From assembly GCA_002296975.1 (NCBI GenBank), contig DBIS01000240.1, positions 1 to 39,612 on the forward strand: DNA of 39,612 nt, written 5' to 3'. Both the position numbers and the translations under genes were made by a program. The notes beneath the pieces are model-generated. The model saw only the letters and a list, made by a program, of their open reading frames with translations, searched no databases and had not been told where the DNA came from. Source of the stretch: Deltaproteobacteria bacterium UBA796. GTDB lineage: Bacteria; Myxococcota_A; UBA796. Every line of letters starts with the position of its first letter. Positions within the stretch are counted from its first letter, which is position 1. Shown in pieces: positions 24,952 to 32,993 of the stretch.

Positions 24952-25839
24952 ATGCGCACGCTGAGTTTCACCTTCACGACTGCCCTTTTTAGCCTTGGCT
25001 TGCTCTCAAGTTGTGGGGGAAAGGCCACCGACGACACCGCTAGCAGCAATGCCGAGACAGATGCAGATGCAGATGCAGATGCAGATGCAGATGCAGACGT
25101 TGATGAATGTGCAGACCAGGCCGAGCAAATCCCTTGTGGAGATATCTCAGGCGACCCAGACGCATCCTTTTCAGGACGGCTGGTTGACGAGGCCGGCGCC
25201 CCGGTGTCTGGCGCGGCCGTCCAGTTGTGCTCATCGCTTCAGTGCAAACAAACCGATACCAACGCAGCCGGTGTTTTTAGCTATAGCAATGTCGAGTCGG
25301 GCTGCTACGCACTCGACGCCCACCATGTAGATCAGCACACAATTAAGTTTTTGACCTTCATTGAGCTTGAACCCGAGCAAAACCGAGTTCTCGACGCCGA
25401 TATCGTTTTGTATGATGGCGCCACAGAAAGCAACTTTTCAGGTTCCGATACCATCGACACCCAAGGCTTAAGCTTGAGCGTCACAGAAGACGGCTACAAA
25501 GCCCCGTTCGGACAACAAGGCGGCCCGTCCGTCGGCGCTGTTCGGGTCGATCCCACAGCGTCTGGATTGCCCTTCGATATGATTCAAGGCGAGGTCGTGG
25601 GCATGTGGTACCTCGGGCCGTGGAGCACGGAACTTCAGCCTGGGTGGGCATTCACCGCCACAGGTCTAGACAGCGTCTCAGCCGGTGACACCGTCCAAGT
25701 TTTGTCCGGGGACTACTTCGGGTTTGGCTGGGATATTGGCGGCACGGTCACCGCAAGCACAGATGGTGAAGTGAGCCTCTCGAGTGAAAATTGCCAGGGC
25801 ATTCACTTTCTCTCGACCCTTCTGCTGGTCAAACAATAG
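24952..25839 (+). CDS. Lipoprotein with acidic (DA)n linker and carboxypeptidase-regulatory-like beta domain
   Basis: MRTLSFTFTTALFSLGLLSSC lipobox, then ETDADADADADADADVDE. GRLVDEAGAPVSGAAVQLCSS...TDTNAAGVFSYSNVESGCYAL resembles a CarboxypepD_reg-type fold. The track ORF starts upstream at TTG 24901. Confidence 0.65.
   Translation: MRTLSFTFTTALFSLGLLSSCGGKATDDTASSNAETDADADADADADADVDECADQAEQIPCGDISGDPDASFSGRLVDEAGAPVSGAAVQLCSSLQCKQTDTNAAGVFSYSNVESGCYALDAHHVDQHTIKFLTFIELEPEQNRVLDADIVLYDGATESNFSGSDTIDTQGLSLSVTEDGYKAPFGQQGGPSVGAVRVDPTASGLPFDMIQGEVVGMWYLGPWSTELQPGWAFTATGLDSVSAGDTVQVLSGDYFGFGWDIGGTVTASTDGEVSLSSENCQGIHFLSTLLLVKQ
25057..25098 (+). repeat. In-frame hexanucleotide tandem repeat (GCAGAT)n, five perfect plus two imperfect flanking units
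   Basis: Read directly: acagat gcagat gcagat gcagat gcagat gcagat gcagac. It encodes the (DA)n tract. Confidence 0.9.
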
Positions 25840-26733
25840 CTATTCGGGCCTGGCGGCACGGCGCATCAACTCATCGAAAACCCGCTTCGGGCGAGATTCA
25901 CCGGTGGCGATGGCCAAGACCGCTGTCGTGAGGGGTAGGTCCACGCCCACCCTCCGACTGAGCGCCAATAAAGCCCGAAGTTGAAGGATGATGTGACTGG
26001 ACACCGCCCCGCCTTCTGCCAATGATCGGCCCGCTGCAAATCCAGGATGCAAAGGGCTCGACGCACAGCTCACCAAGTCACCCACCCCCGCCAAGCCCGA
26101 AAATGTGCGCGCATCAGCGCCTATCGCATCGCCCAAACGAGAGGCCTCGGCGATACCTCGGGTGATGATCACCCCTTTGGCACCAATCCCAAAGTCTACC
26201 CCATCGGCAACCCCAACAGCGATCGCCAATGCACCCACCATGGCGCCAGCAAGCTGCACCCCGCACAGGTCATCGGTGGTGTAAACCCGACAACGCGCCG
26301 AGTGCAAAGCACTGACGGTGGCCTCTTGTACCGCCTCAAAAGGACTGGCGGCCACCAAGGCAGTCGGATGACCCGCCATCACCTCTGAGGCCAAAGCCGG
26401 CCCCGCGATAGCACCGATTTGCCGGCACGGGGTGTGGTCGCTCACATAATCTGAAATCCACACGCCATGTCGGGGCTCCAGCCCGCGGCTGGCGATGATC
26501 AGGCGACTGGCAGCGTCGAGAGAACATGCTTCGACCGCGTCGACCACAGCCTCAGAAGGCACTGCCAAGAACAACAAATCCGACTCGCTGGCCAAGGCCT
26601 CAAGATTCGGCGTTCCAGGAAAACCACTCGGCCGACTGCCCCGAAAACCAATGCGTGGCTGATGCCCTGCACTCGCGATGAGGGTGGCCAAAGCCTTACC
26701 CCAGCCGCCCCCTCCGATAATCCCGACTTTCAT
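25840..26733 (-). CDS. gpsA: NAD(P)H-dependent glycerol-3-phosphate dehydrogenase
   Basis: MKVGIIGGGGWGKALA Rossmann N-terminus with GGAGGA RBS upstream of ATG 26733. GpsA-like length and C-terminal blocks (GLAGVGDLVSC). The start overlaps the acyltransferase stop (ATGA). The longer track ORF to 26829 is rejected. Confidence 0.85.
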   Translation of the reverse strand: MKVGIIGGGGWGKALATLIASAGHQPRIGFRGSRPSGFPGTPNLEALASESDLLFLAVPSEAVVDAVEACSLDAASRLIIASRGLEPRHGVWISDYVSDHTPCRQIGAIAGPALASEVMAGHPTALVAASPFEAVQEATVSALHSARCRVYTTDDLCGVQLAGAMVGALAIAVGVADGVDFGIGAKGVIITRGIAEASRLGDAIGADARTFSGLAGVGDLVSCASSPLHPGFAAGRSLAEGGAVSSHIILQLRALLALSRRVGVDLPLTTAVLAIATGESRPKRVFDELMRRAARPE

Positions 26734-28397
26734 GGGTTTTCCTCCATTTGAATGTCCTTCGGGCTCAACAAGCCTGACAATCGATTGCCATAATACAGCG
26801 ACAACTTGGGATCGACGAGCACTCGCCAATCCTCAAAACTCAGCACTTGTCGCGTATGAACCCCCGAAAAGGCATCTACCGCCATGGTCAATATTTCCGT
26901 CGCTCGGTTTTTACCGGTGGGCAACATCGACCTGCATCGCCCCCTTAGGACCGCCGCATCGACCGCATCCGCCGCTGCTGCGATACCGGCCACCATCACA
27001 CTTCGATCTACCCACTGTTCAAAGGGTGCGAGCAGGGCACGGTTGTAAGTGTCGAGCCTCGGAAACCGGACCCCCAGCGCATGCCAGCCCACAAAGGCCG
27101 CAAGGTGAGTCGGCAGCACCACCGTGTCTCGCTGATACGCACCCAACAGCGCCTTCGCCAAATGGTTGGTGTACTCCCGGTCGCGCTGTGTATCTTCGAC
27201 AGCCTTTCCACAACGGTCTGTGACATAAAGCCGCCGATCAAAGACACGCCCATCACCATCCATCGAAAGCCCTTGCTCATCGACGGGGTTGCCCAAAGTG
27301 TCCATGGGGGCGCCAAAGCGGACCACAACGCTGGTGTCGAGCGCAATGAGCTGTTGAGCGAACTTTAAAACGGTCGATGGTCGCGAAAACTCGTCGTCAG
27401 AGATGATGTACCGGGCGCCCCCATCCGCGGAGAGCGCGTCCTCGATCAAGGTCTCGGCCTCGAGAACCAGTGAGCAACTCAACGTGACCGGAACCACCAA
27501 CACCTCGGGGCTTGGCGCTTCCTCCGCCAGTCCTTCTTGCCATGCCACAATGCCCGTCCCCAACAAGCCGCGCTTAAGGGCAGTCTCGACACAGCCAGAA
27601 CGCGACCGGGTTCCGCCTGGATAGAAAAGAGAGTGGGCACCCCGGCCAATCAGCTCGGTGGAGTAGGCCTTGAGCACATCTTTATACAGCCGATGCCCTT
27701 TTCGGCGATCGACAGTATATGCGCCCAATTTCGACATCAAGAAGCCCATGACTGGGTTCGAGAACAGATTTAGCCCAGCACCATAAGTACAGGCTGGAAG
27801 GCCGGCCAAATGAAGCGCATAGCCCACAAGCAGGCTGTCAAGATTTGAGACATGGGTGGGCGCGATGATTAATGTGTGATGCTCAGCGAGGGCACGAATT
27901 TTATCGATGGGACCTGAAACCACCACCCGGTCTGCCCCGTCAGCTTCAGGCCAAATCCGACTGCCGGAATCCGCAGGCGAAAGCAAACGGGTCAATGCTG
28001 CCGGTGCCAAGCGCATGGCCGTCGAAAAACTAACGTCGCTAAACCGGTTGTGAATTTCGCGACTATAAGCCCGAACCAATCGCCCCGCTGCCTTTCTCAT
28101 GGCGACGGGCCCTTGCGTCAATGCCCGCGCCAAACCTTCGATGCGATCCCGCTCTTTGGCCGTCACCCCATCGGGGTGTTTGGAAAAGCGAGAACGCTCC
28201 AAAAAAACGGTGTTGGCCAAGTATGCAGCCATCGCTTGGTCGTCCAAAGCGCCCAAAAACTCGTCCATTCGCCCAATTAAAGCCTTGTCAATGCTGCGAT
28301 GGCTCGGGTTGATCAGTGTGTGTGTGGCCACGGTGAAACCTGAGATGGAGATAGGCAGCACGCTTGTCAGTTCCAAGCATGACCTTATTACTGTCAC
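26730..28397 (-). CDS. Glycerol-3-phosphate acyltransferase (PlsB-like GPAT/AGPAT family)
   Basis: HX4D acyltransferase motif (APTHVSNLDSLL) and the FYPGGTRSRSG block. Translationally coupled to gpsA. Confidence 0.8.
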   Translation of the reverse strand: MTVIRSCLELTSVLPISISGFTVATHTLINPSHRSIDKALIGRMDEFLGALDDQAMAAYLANTVFLERSRFSKHPDGVTAKERDRIEGLARALTQGPVAMRKAAGRLVRAYSREIHNRFSDVSFSTAMRLAPAALTRLLSPADSGSRIWPEADGADRVVVSGPIDKIRALAEHHTLIIAPTHVSNLDSLLVGYALHLAGLPACTYGAGLNLFSNPVMGFLMSKLGAYTVDRRKGHRLYKDVLKAYSTELIGRGAHSLFYPGGTRSRSGCVETALKRGLLGTGIVAWQEGLAEEAPSPEVLVVPVTLSCSLVLEAETLIEDALSADGGARYIISDDEFSRPSTVLKFAQQLIALDTSVVVRFGAPMDTLGNPVDEQGLSMDGDGRVFDRRLYVTDRCGKAVEDTQRDREYTNHLAKALLGAYQRDTVVLPTHLAAFVGWHALGVRFPRLDTYNRALLAPFEQWVDRSVMVAGIAAAADAVDAAVLRGRCRSMLPTGKNRATEILTMAVDAFSGVHTRQVLSFEDWRVLVDPKLSLYYGNRLSGLLSPKDIQMEENP

Positions 28398-28461
28398 ACG
28401 TTCGGCGCCTTTTTGGCCTATATTCTAAATCCTCATCATCTCAACACCTTGGTGGCACCCC

Positions 28462-28911
28462 ATGAGCGCCCTCGCACCCATCCTCGCGATCTTGGCGTTC
28501 GGTTGCGGCGGTATCGGGCTCACCGCCACTGGCCGAGATGAACTCGGCGGCCCCGAAGACTTGATGGTCACGCCAACAGGCACCATCGACTTTGGTACTC
28601 ACAGCATCGACGAGGAACGCCCCGGGAAAATAGACGTCATCCTGATCGCCCACGGTGATTTACCCTTGGCCATCATCGACGTTTATTTAGAAGATGACGC
28701 CGGAGCGGTATTCAAACTCCCTGACGTATTGCCTTTGCCCATCCGCTTAAAAGCAGGCGCCGAGTTTCCCGTGCTCCTCCGATTCAAGCCCATCGCGGCT
28801 GTCGAGTACTTCGGGGAGTTGGCCATCATCCTCGATGATGGCACAGAAGAAGGGGCGGCGATCAGCCGGGTAATTCAGGGCACCGGATGTCTGGGAACCG
28901 GCGACTGCTAA
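28462..28911 (+). CDS. Small hypothetical lipoprotein (beta-sandwich-like)
   Basis: Lipobox LAFGC followed by a beta-rich sequence. Tail-to-tail 4-nt overlap with the methyltransferase gene. Confidence 0.55.
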   Translation: MSALAPILAILAFGCGGIGLTATGRDELGGPEDLMVTPTGTIDFGTHSIDEERPGKIDVILIAHGDLPLAIIDVYLEDDAGAVFKLPDVLPLPIRLKAGAEFPVLLRFKPIAAVEYFGELAIILDDGTEEGAAISRVIQGTGCLGTGDC

Positions 28912-30026
28912 GCGGTACCCATGACCATATGCTCGATCCGAACGGCCTCGCGAGCGTGGTCTGGCCGATCGGCGCTAGCCCGCGCCACAACCGACAATCC
29001 TGCAGCTTGAAAAGCCTCGACGGTGGGACCGAGTGCATCGACCATGCGATCCCCGACAAGCCCGTCTCCAACCACGATGACCATCTTTCCACCTGGGGCC
29101 AAGCACCGGGCTTGGGTGCCGATCCAAGCGTGGGTGTCTTCACGCCAACGCTTGAGCGCATCCTTGCGACCTTTGGCCCGAAACGAGCGACGAGATCCAA
29201 CCTCAGCACCTGAGGCCGGTCCAAGATCAAGGTCTAGCCACGCTGCCCGAAGCTGTTGCATGGGCAAATAGTCGTAAACCCCAGGGTACGGTGGCGATGT
29301 CAGGACAAGGCCGCAGTCTTTGGCTGGGGTGTCATAGCGCGCATCACCCAGTTGAATCTGGGGACGAGCGCCATCCTCCATGCTCTCCAACCAACGGCCA
29401 AGCTCTCTGGCCTTTTTATGAAACAAAATCGCAGTGGTGCCCGGTGCTCGGTGGTGAGGCTCCCGGCGATTGTGGGTGTCGCTCTTTCGAAAGCTGCACT
29501 TGACGATGATGCTGGACAACAGCGCCCGCAATAAATGCTGGACCTCAGGGCGGGAAATCTCGATACCGTCGCGAATCCGGCCGAGTTCTTGGGCCACATG
29601 GGGCTGAAACCATCGCTCAGCCAACTCCGGCACCTCAACATCCACACGCAAGCGCGCAGCCTCGGTGATCTTTCGAGCGTCGGACCGCATGGCCGAAACC
29701 AATGATCTATCCGCCGTCCGGGCTGCAGCGACCAACACGGCGATCGGACTCAAATCTGTTCCTGTCGCCTGCCGGCCGGCCAAAATCGCCTCGACCAATA
29801 CTGTTCCGCCACCACAAAATGGGTCGTGAACAGGACCAGGACAAGCCGCGATCACGGCTGCAGCCGCGTCGGGGTGCATGCGTGCTGGGTAGGCATGAAA
29901 GCCGTGGGTGGCCCGCTCGACTGCCCCGTCTTTCAACAGTGCCTCGGCGAGCATGTTGCTCATGGTCTCATCACCTGCACGGCGAATGGAGCTTGCGATC
30001 GGTGGTCCTGCGCGAAAATTTCCCAT
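28908..30026 (-). CDS. SAM-dependent nucleic-acid (N6/N4 amino) methyltransferase, solitary
   Basis: Motif I context HAYPARMHP...VHDPFCGGGTVLVEA lies near the N-terminus. Catalytic motif IV (LTSPPYPGVYDY) lies ~175 aa later. No nuclease gene is adjacent. An alternative ATG is at Met22. Confidence 0.75.
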   Translation of the reverse strand: MGNFRAGPPIASSIRRAGDETMSNMLAEALLKDGAVERATHGFHAYPARMHPDAAAAVIAACPGPVHDPFCGGGTVLVEAILAGRQATGTDLSPIAVLVAAARTADRSLVSAMRSDARKITEAARLRVDVEVPELAERWFQPHVAQELGRIRDGIEISRPEVQHLLRALLSSIIVKCSFRKSDTHNRREPHHRAPGTTAILFHKKARELGRWLESMEDGARPQIQLGDARYDTPAKDCGLVLTSPPYPGVYDYLPMQQLRAAWLDLDLGPASGAEVGSRRSFRAKGRKDALKRWREDTHAWIGTQARCLAPGGKMVIVVGDGLVGDRMVDALGPTVEAFQAAGLSVVARASADRPDHAREAVRIEHMVMGTA

Positions 30027-30134
30027 GTGCCACGCCTATCGCACCGGCTCTGACTTGGCCCGAATATGGCAGTCCGGTGAAGCCAGTGGCCAAACAACCT
30101 CGTGAAATGATACCCACAAGCCTGCGAGGTCATA

Positions 30135-30674
30135 ATGAAGATCAATTCCGAAAGCCGAATCCACCATCCTTTGGAGCAAGTGTATGCCTGCTATCGGGAC
30201 AACCTGCCTCAAATCGCGCCCTACACCCCGGATATTCGCGAAATCATCGTGAACGCCCGCGAGGAATTGGCGGCTGGACCCAAGATTCACAACATCTGGG
30301 TGGCCGACCGCGACATACCCAAAATCGCCCAAAGTATTCTAAGGCCAGAAATGCTGAGATGGGATGATTTCGCAGAGTGGGATGATGCAGCCAAACACGT
30401 CAACTGGCGACTGAATATACCGGCATTCCCCGACCAGGTGAGGTGCTCAGGCCGAAATGCATTTTTCGCAGATGGACCCAACGCCACACGGGTAATTCTC
30501 ACCGGCGATCTGCAGATCAACATGAAGAAAATGCCAGGTGTACCGCGCATCTTGGCGGGCAGAATCGCCCCCAAACTGGAATCGTTTATCGTCATGCTGA
30601 TCACCCCCAACTTGGAAAAAGTGAACCAAAGCATCGAACGTTATCTGGACGACAAAATCGCCGGCAACGCCTGA
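30135..30674 (+). CDS. Hypothetical protein, possibly SRPBCC/START-like
   Basis: 179 aa with GAGG upstream of the ATG. Size and alternating beta/helix pattern resemble SRPBCC ligand-binding proteins. No firm motif. Confidence 0.5.
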   Translation: MKINSESRIHHPLEQVYACYRDNLPQIAPYTPDIREIIVNAREELAAGPKIHNIWVADRDIPKIAQSILRPEMLRWDDFAEWDDAAKHVNWRLNIPAFPDQVRCSGRNAFFADGPNATRVILTGDLQINMKKMPGVPRILAGRIAPKLESFIVMLITPNLEKVNQSIERYLDDKIAGNA

Positions 30675-30733
30675 AATTCCGCTGCATGGTGGACAGAGCG
30701 TCCCACCCGGCTACGCTTTGGGCCGAGGTGACT

Positions 30734-31462
30734 ATGCTCCCATTTCTGTTGACTTCTCTCGTTTTTGCCGCTGACCCAGTCGGTCCACCCAACACCGACA
30801 TCGCCGAGATGAAGCCTGCGAGCCGAGGCAAGCAGCAAGGCCGGCGCGGGAAGAAAAAGGGCAAGACCCAATGGAAAAACCGGTTTTATGCCCGCCCATT
30901 GGTCGCCGGAAGCAGCTTCACCAATGCGAACGGCGAAACCACGGTCGCCGCAGGGATCGGCGGAGAAGGTGGCGTTCGCTATTGGGAAGCCCAAAGAGCG
31001 CTGCCCCGTCTTCGGGGCCGCACACGGGCCACCGTCCAATACCTGGTCTCTACCAACGCTGAGGGCATGGAGGTCAAGCTTGGCTCGTTTATGGGGCCGG
31101 CCTGGGAGTATTTCGCCCTGGAATCTGGCCTGGACGTCAGCTGGGACCGCTACGAATGGGACGGCGTGCCCATGGCGGCGAGTGTGGGCTACGGCGTGCC
31201 CTTTATCGCCACAGCCGGTGTGAGCATCATCACGATCTATGCAGGATTTCAGCCCACATTTATGAGCAATGAAACCCGTCGGGTCGACTGGGCACAAACC
31301 GATGAGTTCGGCTTTGGACACCAGTTCTCCACCTTCAGCGGCGTGTCCTTGGCGATTGACGATATGAACATCGGCCTCGGCTACACCCGCACTGTATCCG
31401 CAGCCGGCGGTATTCCCGGTTTGCAAGAAGGCTATGGTCTGACCCTCAGCTTCAGAGGATAA
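30734..31462 (+). CDS. Hypothetical secreted protein, possibly outer-membrane beta-barrel
   Basis: Short signal (MLPFLLTSLVFAA), a K/R/G-rich linker, then alternating hydrophobic/Gly-rich strands. An alternative in-frame ATG is at 30686. Confidence 0.45.
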   Translation: MLPFLLTSLVFAADPVGPPNTDIAEMKPASRGKQQGRRGKKKGKTQWKNRFYARPLVAGSSFTNANGETTVAAGIGGEGGVRYWEAQRALPRLRGRTRATVQYLVSTNAEGMEVKLGSFMGPAWEYFALESGLDVSWDRYEWDGVPMAASVGYGVPFIATAGVSIITIYAGFQPTFMSNETRRVDWAQTDEFGFGHQFSTFSGVSLAIDDMNIGLGYTRTVSAAGGIPGLQEGYGLTLSFRG

Positions 31463-31478
31463 AACGCCTGACGACCGA

Positions 31479-32933
31479 CTAGGTCAAGACTTCCATGCCG
31501 GTATCAACATCGGCGCTCGGTGGACTGCTGAGCATCTTAAAGGCCGTGGCCGCACTCCGTTTAAACTCCTCGACCGACTTTATCCGGCTAAACTGCCGAG
31601 CCATATACCGGGGCCGATAATAAAAGCGAAGGTAGGCGAGCCGGGTCCACTTTTGAATCTCTTCGTCGCTCATATTGCAGAGTGGACGAGGAATATCGTC
31701 ATCGACACCACTGACAATATGCTCGCGCCAATAGTCCCGACCGGTCTCTTTTAGCAACAAGGTGTACATCTCGGTCGCCGGCATCGGGGTGACCTTTGAG
31801 AACTGGGCGTAGTCCAAATCCAAACTCAGGGCCAAGCGGATGGTTTGACGAATCGTGGCCTCGGTTTCATAGGGGTTGCCCACCATAAAATACCCAAAGG
31901 TGTGAATCCCGTTCGCCTTGGTTCGTGCGACGACATCGTGGTACATCTCGAGACTTGTGCTCTTTTTAAGGGTGGCCAATATCTCTCTGTTGCCACTCTC
32001 TATTCCGTAATAAATACGGGTACAACCTGCACTTTTCATCGCTTTTAGGACATCATCAGTGATGCAATCTACACGGGTGCGGGCCGCCCAAATAATGTCG
32101 AGCTTTCGCCGTTTAATCTCATCGCAGATGGCGATGACCCGGTCTTTTCGGATGGTAAAACTGGAGTCGAAAAAGTCGAACTCTCGAATGCCATACTCTT
32201 TGTTGCACAGCTCCAATTCGTCGACCACATTGTTCGGGCTGCGTGCTCGGAAAGGCTTGGAGCCTTGCTCGCAAAAGATGCACTTGTACGGGCAACCGCG
32301 ACTGGTGATGATGCAGCTGAAGTTCTTGTACTTGGAGATGAACGAAAAATACAAGCTGTTGTCGAGCAGGTGCCGTGCTGGAAAGGGTGCTGCATCCACG
32401 TCGCAGTCCGCGGCCTTCGGAGTCACCACGATCTCTCCATTGGATTTTCGAAAGCTGATGCCGGCGACCCGAGAGAGTTCGCCGCCGCTCACAATGGCCG
32501 TGAGCATCTGTGGAAGCGCGATTTCCGCTTCTCCAGTGACCGCGTAGTCGATCACATCATAGCCCAGCGTTTCCCGCGGATAGATCGAGAGGTGCACCCC
32601 GCCCACGATGGTCGGCACATCCACCGCCTCGCGGATGGCCTTGATCCAGGCCATGGTCTGGAAAAACAGGTAGGTCGTGATGGTGTAGCCCACAAAGGAC
32701 GGCCCAAAAGCACGCAAGCGCGCGACGGTCTCATCGATGGTCAAACCCTCGGCATGAGCATCTACGAACAAAACCTCACAACCAGCCCGCTCGAGGATTC
32801 CAGCCACATACAGCAAGGACAACGAAGGGAAAATCCCGTAGTTCTCCTTGACGGTCTTGATGCCCGGCTCATTACGAACCGGGCCGTAAGGTGGGTAAAC
32901 CAATGCAACTTTGACACCATCGATCGCCGCCAT
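31479..32933 (-). CDS. B12-binding domain radical SAM protein (second copy type)
   Basis: N-terminal VALVYPPYG...LLYVAGILERAGCEVLFVDAH (cobalamin-binding-like) followed by GCPYKCIFCEQ (CxxxCxxC). ATG 32933 is preceded by CAGGAGAAA. The track start at 32954 is rejected. Confidence 0.85.
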   Translation of the reverse strand: MAAIDGVKVALVYPPYGPVRNEPGIKTVKENYGIFPSLSLLYVAGILERAGCEVLFVDAHAEGLTIDETVARLRAFGPSFVGYTITTYLFFQTMAWIKAIREAVDVPTIVGGVHLSIYPRETLGYDVIDYAVTGEAEIALPQMLTAIVSGGELSRVAGISFRKSNGEIVVTPKAADCDVDAAPFPARHLLDNSLYFSFISKYKNFSCIITSRGCPYKCIFCEQGSKPFRARSPNNVVDELELCNKEYGIREFDFFDSSFTIRKDRVIAICDEIKRRKLDIIWAARTRVDCITDDVLKAMKSAGCTRIYYGIESGNREILATLKKSTSLEMYHDVVARTKANGIHTFGYFMVGNPYETEATIRQTIRLALSLDLDYAQFSKVTPMPATEMYTLLLKETGRDYWREHIVSGVDDDIPRPLCNMSDEEIQKWTRLAYLRFYYRPRYMARQFSRIKSVEEFKRSAATAFKMLSSPPSADVDTGMEVLT

Positions 32934-32993
32934 AAATTTCTCCTGCACCCTCACTCTACCCGAATAGCTTGACGCCTGTAGTACCCTATTGCC

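Noticed and set aside
25057-25098. CRISPR-like or regulatory repeat array
   Set aside because: The units are 6 nt with no spacers, and they lie in frame within a lipoprotein CDS. This is a coding microsatellite, not a CRISPR array.
28908-30026. Restriction-modification system around the SPPY methyltransferase
   Set aside because: The flanking genes are a small lipoprotein and an SRPBCC-like protein. No endonuclease, specificity subunit or helicase is present, so only a solitary methyltransferase is supported.
5374-31426. Other long antisense or off-frame ORFs: 5374-5931(-), 8428-9081(-), 11423-12028(-), 12804-13430(-), 19705-20325(+), 23122-23709(-), 23706-24200(-), 30641-31426(-), 898-1461(-), 2282-3115(+)
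   Set aside because: Each overlaps a CDS that has clear family motifs or better start/RBS context. None shows motifs of its own. They are treated as shadow ORFs.
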